A program made the translations under genes and the position numbers. This document shows, piece after piece, positions 9,217 to 17,455 of a stretch of 64,000 bases of DNA. The notes under the pieces are model-generated. The model was given only the letters and a program-made list of their open reading frames with translations, did not search any database and had not been told where the DNA came from. The stretch covers positions 34,620-98,619 of the forward strand of contig CALVTQ010000124.1 in assembly GCA_944362695.1 (NCBI GenBank). The letters run 5' to 3'. This DNA comes from an uncultured Clostridia bacterium. GTDB taxonomy: Bacteria > Bacillota > Clostridia > Christensenellales > Aristaeellaceae. How positions within the stretch are numbered: the stretch's first letter is position 1; each line of letters opens with the position of its first letter.

Positions 9217-10659
9217 ATGATGAAGGAAAGATGCATGCTGGCCGCGGCTGCGCTCGCGCTGACGCTGCCCTGCGCGATGGCTGAGGAGGCCGTCGTCTAC
9301 GAAGCGGAGTCGGCTTCGCTGCACGGCAAAATCGCGGTTTCGGCGGACGCGGGCGCATCGGGCGGCAAGGTGATCGGCCGGTTCGAGAACGACGCGGACA
9401 CGGCGGATTTCTCCATCAGCGTGCCGCAGGCGGGCGCGTATGACCTGACGTTCGTATGCAAGGGCATCGGCGGCGGCAAGACGAACAAGGTCAAGGTCGA
9501 TGGGCAGCCGCAGGGCGAGTTCACCTGCGCGGGCGAGGAATTCGAGTGCTGCACGCTGCGCGGCGTGCTGCTGGAGGCGGGCGAGCACACGGTGACGGTC
9601 TACAAGTCCTGGGGCTGGATCTGGCTCGACTGCCTGATGGTCACCCCGGCGCAGGAGATCGCCGACAGCGCGTTTGACGTCGAGCCGGCGCTCGTGGACG
9701 CAGACGCCACGCAGGAGGCGCGCGACCTGTTCGCGTATCTGTGCGAGGGGTACGGCGAGGTGACGCTCGCCGGTCAGCACTGCGATCTGGGCTACGACGG
9801 CCCGGAGACGCAGGCGATCTACGCCGTGACGGGCAAGTATCCCGCGATCATCGGCCTTGACATGATGGATTACAGCCCGCAGAGGCAGGCGCTGGGCGCG
9901 CGCAGCACGGCGACGGACGTGGCGCTCGATGTGCATGAGCGCGGCGGCATCGTCACGTTCTGCTGGCACTGGAACGCGCCGACGGACACGCTGATCGAGC
10001 CCATCGACAGGGACACCGGCAGCCCGAGCTGGTGGGGCGGCTTCTACACCCGCAACACAAGCTTTGATATTGCCGCTGTCATGGACGGCAAGGACCCCGA
10101 GGGCAAGGCCGCCATTGACGCGGACATCGCCGCCATCGCCGGGCAGCTGGGCCGCCTTCAGGATGCGGGCGTACCCGTTCTCTGGCGTCCGCTGCACGAG
10201 GCGAGCGGCGGATGGTTCTGGTGGGGCGCGAAGGGGCCGGACGCCTGCAGGAAGCTGTGGGTCTACCTCTACGAGCAGCTCACGGACGTCTACGGCATCC
10301 ATAACCTGATCTGGGTATGGAACGGCCAGAACGCGGACTGGTATCCGGGCGATGCATACGTCGATATCATCGGCCAGGACATCTACGCCGACAAGCACGC
10401 CTACATGCCCGGCAATGCGCTGTTCAACGAGATTCTGGATTACTCCGGCGGCAAAAAGCCCATCGCGCTCACCGAGAATGGCGTTGTGCCGGACATCGAG
10501 CTGATGCGAAGGACGCGCGCCATGTGGATGTGGTTCAATACCTGGTCGGGCGGCTTCGTCCACACGAACGGTCAGTACTCGGAGGCATACACCGAGGCCG
10601 AACTGCTCAATAAAGTCTACAACAGCGAATACGTCATCACGCTTGATGAACTGCCTTGA
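9217..10659 (+). CDS. Secreted GH26-like hydrolase with N-terminal CBM35/CBM6-like module
   Basis: Signal peptide ...LTLPCAMAEE. CBM-like VYEAESASLHG...ISVPQAGAYDLTFVCKG...WGWIWLDCLMV. Catalytic FCWHWNAP, WRPLHEASGGWFWWG, ALTENG. Start could be 9211/9217/9220. Confidence 0.8.
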   Translation: MMKERCMLAAAALALTLPCAMAEEAVVYEAESASLHGKIAVSADAGASGGKVIGRFENDADTADFSISVPQAGAYDLTFVCKGIGGGKTNKVKVDGQPQGEFTCAGEEFECCTLRGVLLEAGEHTVTVYKSWGWIWLDCLMVTPAQEIADSAFDVEPALVDADATQEARDLFAYLCEGYGEVTLAGQHCDLGYDGPETQAIYAVTGKYPAIIGLDMMDYSPQRQALGARSTATDVALDVHERGGIVTFCWHWNAPTDTLIEPIDRDTGSPSWWGGFYTRNTSFDIAAVMDGKDPEGKAAIDADIAAIAGQLGRLQDAGVPVLWRPLHEASGGWFWWGAKGPDACRKLWVYLYEQLTDVYGIHNLIWVWNGQNADWYPGDAYVDIIGQDIYADKHAYMPGNALFNEILDYSGGKKPIALTENGVVPDIELMRRTRAMWMWFNTWSGGFVHTNGQYSEAYTEAELLNKVYNSEYVITLDELP

Positions 10660-10682
10660 GAAAATGAACAAATAAGTTACGG

Positions 10683-10720
10683 GCCGTCCGATGAATTTGT
10701 GTGCATCGGGCGGCTTTCGC
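10683..10720 (+). terminator. Rho-independent terminator after first CBM-GH26 gene
   Basis: GCCGTCCGATG (10683-10693) pairs with CATCGGGCGGC (10704-10714) with one G-U pair, followed by TTTCGCTT. Confidence 0.5.
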
Positions 10721-10767
10721 TTGTAAAAAAGCTAATCATAAAGAAAAATGCAAAGTTCTTATGGGGA

Positions 10768-10787
10768 AAGATTGTACATATTGTATG
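10768..10787 (+). promoter_or_regulatory. Upstream copy of 20-bp operator-like motif AAGATTGTACATATTGTATG
   Basis: 19/20 identical to the copy at 10845..10864. Internal ATTGTA-N3-ATTGTA direct repeat. Lies in an AT-rich intergenic region. Confidence 0.45.
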
Positions 10788-10837
10788 CTTACTTGAAGAA
10801 AGCGATTAAGTAAATTTCGCAATTTTGCAAGTAACTA

Positions 10838-10866
10838 TTGACAAAAGATTGTATATATTGTATGAT
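10838..10866 (+). promoter_or_regulatory. Sigma-70-type promoter for second CBM-GH26 gene and probably the downstream 16-kb operon; overlapped by second copy of the 20-bp motif (10845..10864)
   Basis: TTGACA (10838-10843), 17-nt spacer, TATGAT (10861-10866). Confidence 0.6.
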
Positions 10867-10911
10867 TAGGTGTAAGGTAATTTTCTGTGTACAAAATTAA
10901 CGCGAGGGGGG

Positions 10912-12390
10912 ATGCAAATGCGCAGGAGGATGGTTGTTTGCGCGGGCGCAGCGGCTTGCGCGGCATGGCTGATGCTGGCGATGAGCGGCGCGGCGGCCGA
11001 GGGCGAATACGATGCGATTGCGCAGGCAGAGGCCGGCGGCATGCTCGGCGCGGCGGCCGTCACAGCAGACGGCACGGCGGTCAGTGGGCTCAAGGGCGAT
11101 GGAGACGGCGTGGAGGTCGTGCTCAACGTCCCGGAGGCCGGGCTCTACGACATCATCGTGCGTCAAAGGAGCGCGGACGGCGGCTCGAAGATCAACAAGG
11201 TCTGCGTGGACGGCAAGTGCGTGGGCGAGGTCACCGCGCCGGACGGACAGTGGAGCGACGGCGTCGCGGGCTATGTCTGGCTGGAGGCGGGGGACAACAA
11301 CGTCTCCGTGACCAAGTTCTGGGGCTGGATCGACGTGGACTACATCGCCGCCGTCAAGAGCGCGCCGCTCCCCGACGATATCTACGATGTGGAGCCGGTG
11401 CTCGTCAACCCGAACGCGACGGAGAACGCGCGCAGGCTGATGACCTTCCTTTGCGACAACTACGGCAAGAAGATCATCTCCGGCCAGCAATGCGACGAGG
11501 GCCCCTTCGGCATGCCGGTGGCGGGCGTCTGGCGCGGCATCGGCGGCACGGACTACCCTGCCGTGCTGGGCATGGACCTGATGAACTGCTCGCCGGGCAG
11601 AACCGACAAGGGCCAGACCTCCAAGACGGCGGATTACGCCATCGAATACTGGGAGCAGAACGGCATCACGACGCTGTGCTGGCATTGGTGCCCGGATCAG
11701 AGCTACGACAACGGCAAGGATTACTGGGGCACGTTCTACGCGGAGAACACGAACTTCGACCTCGCCAAGGCGATGAACGGCGAGGACCCGAAGGGATATG
11801 AGTATCTGCTGCGCGACATCGACTGCGCGGCGGCGGAGCTCAAGAAGATGCAGGATGCGGGCGTGCCCATCCTCTGGCGTCCGCTGCACGAGGCGAGCGG
11901 CGGCTGGTTCTGGTGGGGCGCGTCCGGCCCGGAGCCGTACATCGAGCTCTACAAGCTGATGTATGACAGGCTGGTCAACCACCACGGGCTCAACAACCTG
12001 ATCTGGGTTTGGAACGGCCAGGATGCCGCGTGGTATCCCGGCGACGAATACGTCGACATCATCGGCGAGGACATCTACCCCGGCGAGAAGGTCTACGCCT
12101 CGCAGGCGGGCCGCTTCGTCAAGGCGCTTGGCTACACCGACGCGCGCAAGATCATCACGCTCTCGGAAAACGGCTGCATCCCCGACCCGGATGTGTGCAT
12201 GCGCGACGGCGTGATGTGGAGCTGGTGGTGCACATGGAGCGGCGAATTCGTTTTGAAGAGCGAGGGCTCCAACCGCTATTCCGAACAGTACACCGAAAAG
12301 AGCATGCTCAAGAAGGCGTACGCACACGAAAACGTCATCACAAGGAATACGCTTCCGGATTTGAAAACGTATCCCCTGAAGGAAAATTGA
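10912..12390 (+). CDS. Secreted GH26-like hydrolase with N-terminal CBM-like module (paralogue of 9217..10659)
   Basis: Signal peptide ...AMSGAAAEGE. CBM-like VVLNVPEAGLYDIIVRQRS...WGWIDVDYI. Catalytic LCWHWCP, WRPLHEASGGWFWWG, TLSENG. Confidence 0.8.
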   Translation: MQMRRRMVVCAGAAACAAWLMLAMSGAAAEGEYDAIAQAEAGGMLGAAAVTADGTAVSGLKGDGDGVEVVLNVPEAGLYDIIVRQRSADGGSKINKVCVDGKCVGEVTAPDGQWSDGVAGYVWLEAGDNNVSVTKFWGWIDVDYIAAVKSAPLPDDIYDVEPVLVNPNATENARRLMTFLCDNYGKKIISGQQCDEGPFGMPVAGVWRGIGGTDYPAVLGMDLMNCSPGRTDKGQTSKTADYAIEYWEQNGITTLCWHWCPDQSYDNGKDYWGTFYAENTNFDLAKAMNGEDPKGYEYLLRDIDCAAAELKKMQDAGVPILWRPLHEASGGWFWWGASGPEPYIELYKLMYDRLVNHHGLNNLIWVWNGQDAAWYPGDEYVDIIGEDIYPGEKVYASQAGRFVKALGYTDARKIITLSENGCIPDPDVCMRDGVMWSWWCTWSGEFVLKSEGSNRYSEQYTEKSMLKKAYAHENVITRNTLPDLKTYPLKEN

Positions 12391-12397
12391 GGACAGG

Positions 12398-15300
12398 ATG
12401 GTGAAGACATTGAAACGCTTGATTGGGCTGCTGGGCGTGCTTGTGGCGCTGGTGCTTTTGACGGGCGTTGCCGTGGCTGAGGAGACGGCTGCGGCTGACC
12501 CGGCCGCCGCACCCGTGACACAGGCGCTCCCGGACGAGACCGCCGAGGCAGCGGACGAGACCGCCGAGGCAGCGGACGAGACCGCCGTGACAGCGAACGA
12601 GACTGCCGCCACAGCGGACGAGGCAATCCTGGAGCCGGTGCTTCCCGTGAAATCCACGGCGGATTATCACGAGATCGTCGGCACCTACTCCATCGATGCG
12701 ACGATTCCGGCCTATGCCGACTACGTCGAGATGCACGAGGACGCGGTGCGCCCGGATGCGTCGATTGTCGTGGCGGCGGACAGCTTCATTCGCTACGAGG
12801 ATGAGGGTGTGGAGGCCGTGCCGCAGATTCTCGCGGGCTTTGAGGGCTGCGAGGGCAACGCCGTGCTCACCGGCGAGGAATCGCTGATCGAGTGGAAAGT
12901 GAACGTCGAGCAGGCGGGCCTGTACGACATGAGCATCCGCTACTACCCCTACGAGGGCAAGAACAGCGCCATCCAGCGCGCGTTCTTCGTGGACGGCGAG
13001 CTGCCCTACGGCGAGATGGCGACGGTCGAGTTCAACCGCGTCTGGCACAACGGCGACTTCGCCGAGACGATAGATGAAAACGGCGTGACCGTGCTGGCCT
13101 GGAACAAGGACAACCAGGGCAACGACCTCAAGCCCTCCGCCGAGGAGATCCCCGAGTGGGTCGACGGCGCGCTCTACGATTCCAACGGCTACATCACCGA
13201 GCAGCTGAGCGTCTATCTGGACGCGGGCGAGCACACGATCTCGATGCTCGCCATGCGCGAGCCGATGCTCGTCAGCGCCATCACGCTGACCAACACCGAG
13301 CGCCCGGCGGCCTATGCGGACGTCAAGGCGGCGGGCGACGCGGCGGGGCAGAAGGACACCTCCGGCGTCGTGGTGCGCTTTGAGGCGGAGAACGCCAAGA
13401 AGACCTCCTCCCAGATGCTCTATCCTGTGCAGGATCAGTCCAGCGCCGACGTCTATCCGGTGTCCACGCGCTACCTGCTCAACAACACCATCGGCGGCAA
13501 CAACTGGAAGAGCGCCGGCCAGTGGATCGAGTGGGAGTTCGAGGTGCCGCAGGACGGCTACTACGCGCTGTCCATGTTCGCCAAGCAGAACTTCGTGCGC
13601 GGCATCAACAGCTACCGCAAGATCAGCATCGACGGCGTCGTGCCGTTTGACGAGTGGAACGCATACGGCTTCAGCTACGATTCCACCTGGCGCATGGAGA
13701 CCATCGACGACGAGGCGGGCGAGCCGTATCGCGTGTATCTGACGGCGGGCAAGCACACGCTGCGCATGGAGGTCGTGCTGGGCGACATGGCGTCGATCAT
13801 CGCGCAGGTGCAGGACTGCGTGCAGCAGCTCAACGGCATCTACCGTCAGGTCATCTACATCACCGGCGTCGCGCCCGACGAGTTCCGCGATTATCAGATC
13901 GAGGCGAGCCTGCCGGGTCTTGAGGCCGAGCTGATTGCCGTGCAGGAGGAACTGAAGGTCGCGCTGGCGGCGCTGGAGAAGACAGCCGGCACCAACTCCG
14001 ACAAGCTGATCGTGCTGCGCACGATGGACGACCAGCTCGACGAGCTGATCGAGGATCAGGAGCGCTTCACCGAGGTTCTTTCCTCTTATAAGACGAACGT
14101 GCGCGCGTGCGGCAACTGGATCACGCAGGTGCTGGGCATGCCGCTGCAGCTGGACCGCATCTACGTCCACTCGGCCGACACCGACCCTGCGGCGGAGAGC
14201 GGCGGCTTCTTCGCGGGCCTTGCGCACGAGGCGAAGCGCCTGTACTACTCCTTCATCATCGACTACAACCAGGTCGGCAACGTCGCCGGTGAGGACACCG
14301 AGGGCGCCGTGCTCACGCTGTGGGTCGGCACGGGCCGCGACCAGGCGAACGTCATCAAGTCCCTGATCGACGAGCGCTTCACGCCGCAGACCGGCATCGC
14401 CGTCAACGTGCAGCTGGTCGACATGAACACGCTGCTGCGCGCCACGCTTTCCGGCGAGGGCCCGGATGTGGCGATTCAGGTCGCCAACACGAACGGCATC
14501 GCTGGCGCCGTCCTGAACACCGGCAACGACACCGCCGTCAACTACGGCCTGCGCGAAGCCGTGCTCGACCTGTCCCAGTTCGAGGACTTTGAGGAGGTCG
14601 TCGCGCGCTTTGCCCCGGCGTCTCTGGTGCCGCTGTCCTTCGGCGGCGCGACCTACGCGCTGCCGGACACGATGACCTTCCCGATGATGTTCTACCGCAA
14701 GGACATCCTCGCCGAGATCGGCATGGAGGTTCCGCAGACGTGGGACGAGGTCAAGGTCGCCATGACGGTTCTGGCCAAGAACCAGATGGAATTCGGCATG
14801 CTGCCCTCCGAGCAGATCTTTGCGATGCTGCTGTTCCAGAACGGCGGCGAGTACTACACCGAGAACGGCATGGCCTCCGCGCTTGACAGCGAGGTCGCCA
14901 TTAACGTCTTCAAGAAGTACTGCGAATACTACACCGATTACAAGCTCGACCGCGCGACCTCTGTGGAGGAGCGCTTCCGCACGGGCGAGTCCCCGATCAT
15001 CATCGCGGACTACACGACCTACAACAACCTGCAGGTCTCCGCGCCGGACATCAAGGGTCTGTGGGACTTCACCGTCGTCCCGGGCACGGTTCAGGAAGAC
15101 GGCACGATCAACCACATGACCGGCGCGACCGGCTTGGCCGACATCATCATGAGCGCGACCGAGTATCCGCAGGAGAGCTGGGAGTTCCTCAAGTGGTGGA
15201 CCTCCGCGGAGATCCAGACGGTCTACGGCCGCGAGATGGAGGCGCTGATGGGCGCGTCCGCCCGCGTGGCGACGGCCAACCGCGAGGCGCTGGCCAACCT

Positions 15301-15580
15301 GTCCTGGCCGATGAAGGACTACAAGGCCCTCGTCGCGCAGATGGACCAGGTCAAGGGCATCGAGCAGGTGCCGGGCGGCTACTACACCTGGCGTAACGTC
15401 AACAACGCCTTCTACACCATCACCACCGACACGGCGACCAACAACACCACGCCGCGCGAGGCGCTGATGGATCAGGTGTACTACATCGACGCCGAGATCG
15501 ACTACAAGCGCACTGAATTCGGCCTGCCGCTCGCCAATGACGACGCGCAGACCGCGCAGGGAGAGGAGGGCGCCAAATGA
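12398..15580 (+). CDS. Giant (1060 aa) extracellular solute-binding protein: signal/anchor, acidic heptad linker, two CBM-like modules, helical region, C-terminal CUT1 SBP domain
   Basis: N-terminal hydrophobic segment. IEWKVNVEQAGLYDMSIRYYP and IEWEFEVPQDGYYALSMFAKQ modules. C-terminal LTLWVGTGRDQANVIK...GGATYALPDTMTFPMMFYRKDIL...TWDEV typical of family-1 SBPs. 4-nt overlap with the next permease gene. Confidence 0.8.
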   Translation: MVKTLKRLIGLLGVLVALVLLTGVAVAEETAAADPAAAPVTQALPDETAEAADETAEAADETAVTANETAATADEAILEPVLPVKSTADYHEIVGTYSIDATIPAYADYVEMHEDAVRPDASIVVAADSFIRYEDEGVEAVPQILAGFEGCEGNAVLTGEESLIEWKVNVEQAGLYDMSIRYYPYEGKNSAIQRAFFVDGELPYGEMATVEFNRVWHNGDFAETIDENGVTVLAWNKDNQGNDLKPSAEEIPEWVDGALYDSNGYITEQLSVYLDAGEHTISMLAMREPMLVSAITLTNTERPAAYADVKAAGDAAGQKDTSGVVVRFEAENAKKTSSQMLYPVQDQSSADVYPVSTRYLLNNTIGGNNWKSAGQWIEWEFEVPQDGYYALSMFAKQNFVRGINSYRKISIDGVVPFDEWNAYGFSYDSTWRMETIDDEAGEPYRVYLTAGKHTLRMEVVLGDMASIIAQVQDCVQQLNGIYRQVIYITGVAPDEFRDYQIEASLPGLEAELIAVQEELKVALAALEKTAGTNSDKLIVLRTMDDQLDELIEDQERFTEVLSSYKTNVRACGNWITQVLGMPLQLDRIYVHSADTDPAAESGGFFAGLAHEAKRLYYSFIIDYNQVGNVAGEDTEGAVLTLWVGTGRDQANVIKSLIDERFTPQTGIAVNVQLVDMNTLLRATLSGEGPDVAIQVANTNGIAGAVLNTGNDTAVNYGLREAVLDLSQFEDFEEVVARFAPASLVPLSFGGATYALPDTMTFPMMFYRKDILAEIGMEVPQTWDEVKVAMTVLAKNQMEFGMLPSEQIFAMLLFQNGGEYYTENGMASALDSEVAINVFKKYCEYYTDYKLDRATSVEERFRTGESPIIIADYTTYNNLQVSAPDIKGLWDFTVVPGTVQEDGTINHMTGATGLADIIMSATEYPQESWEFLKWWTSAEIQTVYGREMEALMGASARVATANREALANLSWPMKDYKALVAQMDQVKGIEQVPGGYYTWRNVNNAFYTITTDTATNNTTPREALMDQVYYIDAEIDYKRTEFGLPLANDDAQTAQGEEGAK
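12536..12619 (+). repeat. Four tandem 21-bp coding repeats (ETAEAAD x2, ETAVTAN, ETAATAD)
   Basis: GAGACCGCCGAGGCAGCGGAC occurs twice exactly (12536-12556, 12557-12577), followed by two diverged copies. Confidence 0.9.
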
Positions 15581-16503
15581 GTTCACAGTCGCGTCCCGTC
15601 CGGACAAAGCGCCAGGAGCTGGCTCGCCAGATCCGCAATTCGAGAGCATGCTATGCGATGCTCGCACCGTACTTCATCCTGTTCTTCTTCTTCACGGTGC
15701 TGCCGGTGCTCATGTCCATCGTCATTTCCTTCACCGACTGGAACATGCTCCAGTTCCCGAACTTCGTCGGCTGGAAGAACTACATCAAGCTCTTCCTCGA
15801 GGACGAAATCTTCATGACGAGCCTGAAGAACACGCTGATCTTCGCCGTGGTCACGGGCCCGGTGAGCTACATGCTCTGTCTTCTGTTCGCGTGGATCATC
15901 AACGAGTTCAGCCGCATTCCCAGAACGCTGCTGACGCTCGTGTTCTACGCGCCGTCCATCTGCGGCAACGCCTACATGGTCTGGAACCTGATCCTCACCG
16001 GCGACCGCTACGGCTACCTCAACGGTTTGCTGCTGAACCTGGGCATCATCAACGAGCCGATCCTCTGGATGCAGACGGAGCAGTACGTGCTGCCGCTGCT
16101 GATCGTGGTTCAGCTCTGGCTGAGCCTTGGCACGGGCTTCCTCTCGTTCATCGCCGGTCTTCAGACCGTTGACAAGAGCATGTACGAGGCGGCGGCCATC
16201 GACGGCATCAAGAACCGCTGGCAGGAGCTTTGGTATGTCACGCTCCCGGCGATGAAGCCGCAGCTGATGTTCGGCGCGGTCATGCAGATCACGCAGTCCT
16301 TCGCCGTGGCGGATATCTCCATCAACCTCGCCGGCAACCCGTCGGTCAACTACGCCGGCGCGACCATCGTCACGCACCTGCTTGACTACGGCTCCACCCG
16401 TATGGAAATGGGCTACGCGTCCGCGATTGCGACCGTGCTGTTCCTGCTGATGGTCGGAACCAACAAGCTCGTGCAGAAGATTCTGGGAAGGGTGGGTGAG
16501 TAA
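15577..16503 (+). CDS. CUT1 sugar ABC transporter permease (MalF/LplB-like)
   Basis: 6 TM pattern. EAA loop EAAAIDGIKNRWQELWYVTLPAMKP. Confidence 0.9.
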   Translation: MSSQSRPVRTKRQELARQIRNSRACYAMLAPYFILFFFFTVLPVLMSIVISFTDWNMLQFPNFVGWKNYIKLFLEDEIFMTSLKNTLIFAVVTGPVSYMLCLLFAWIINEFSRIPRTLLTLVFYAPSICGNAYMVWNLILTGDRYGYLNGLLLNLGIINEPILWMQTEQYVLPLLIVVQLWLSLGTGFLSFIAGLQTVDKSMYEAAAIDGIKNRWQELWYVTLPAMKPQLMFGAVMQITQSFAVADISINLAGNPSVNYAGATIVTHLLDYGSTRMEMGYASAIATVLFLLMVGTNKLVQKILGRVGE

Positions 16504-16504
16504 T

Positions 16505-17443
16505 ATGGCTGAAAAGCGAATCGGGCAGATGCGCTTTGAGGAGCTGCCGCCGTCGCTGCAAAAGAAGCTGCGCAGGCAGAAGATCGTTCCCAGGCTCAAG
16601 CCCAAAAAGCTCAACCGCTCCGTCGCGGGCAACACGCTGCTGTTCTTCATCATGGGCGTGTGCGCCGTGTTCATGGTGCTGCCGCTGGTCATGATCGTCA
16701 ACAACGCGCTCAAGCCGCTGGACGAGCTGTACCAGTACCCGCCGAAGATCTGGGTGCGCAACCCGCATCTGGAGAACTTCTCCGACCTGTTCACGCTGAT
16801 GAACGACACGTGGGTGCCGTTCTCGCGCTACCTGATGAACACGATCATCATCACCGGCGCGGGCATCCTGGGCCACGTCATCATCGCGTCGCTGGCGGCC
16901 TATCCGCTGGCCAAGCATAAATTCCCCGGCAAGAACATCCTCTTCAGCATGGTCGTCCTCTCGATGATGTTCTCCTGGACGGTCACGCAGATTCCGCAGT
17001 ACGCCATCATCTCCTGGATGGGCATCAACAACACATATCTGGCGCTGATCCTGCCGGCCTGCGCATACGGCATGGGCCTGTATCTGATGAAGCAGTTCAT
17101 GGAGCCGCTGCCGGATTCGCTGATGGAATCGGCGCGCATCGAGGGATGCAGCGAGTGGGGCATCTTCTGGAAGATCGTCATGCCCAACGTCAAGCCCGCG
17201 TGGCTGACGCTGGCCATCTTCCAGTTCCAGTCCATGTGGGGCAACACGGGCTCGCTCTTCCTGCGCGATGAGCAGCTCAAGCCGATGCAGTTCGCGCTGC
17301 AGCAGATTACGGCGGGCGGCGCTGCCCGCGCGGGCGCTGCGGCGGCGGTGACGTTCATCATCGCGGCTGTCCCGATCGCGTTCTTCCTGATGTGCCAGTC
17401 CAGCGTCCTTGAGACGATGACCACGTCCGGCATGAAGGACTAA
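16505..17443 (+). CDS. CUT1 sugar ABC transporter permease (MalG/LplC-like)
   Basis: EAA loop ESARIEGCSEWGIFWKIVMPNVKPA. ATG 16505 is 1 nt after the upstream stop. Confidence 0.9.
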   Translation: MAEKRIGQMRFEELPPSLQKKLRRQKIVPRLKPKKLNRSVAGNTLLFFIMGVCAVFMVLPLVMIVNNALKPLDELYQYPPKIWVRNPHLENFSDLFTLMNDTWVPFSRYLMNTIIITGAGILGHVIIASLAAYPLAKHKFPGKNILFSMVVLSMMFSWTVTQIPQYAIISWMGINNTYLALILPACAYGMGLYLMKQFMEPLPDSLMESARIEGCSEWGIFWKIVMPNVKPAWLTLAIFQFQSMWGNTGSLFLRDEQLKPMQFALQQITAGGAARAGAAAAVTFIIAAVPIAFFLMCQSSVLETMTTSGMKD

Positions 17444-17455
17444 GGAGGGAATGAT

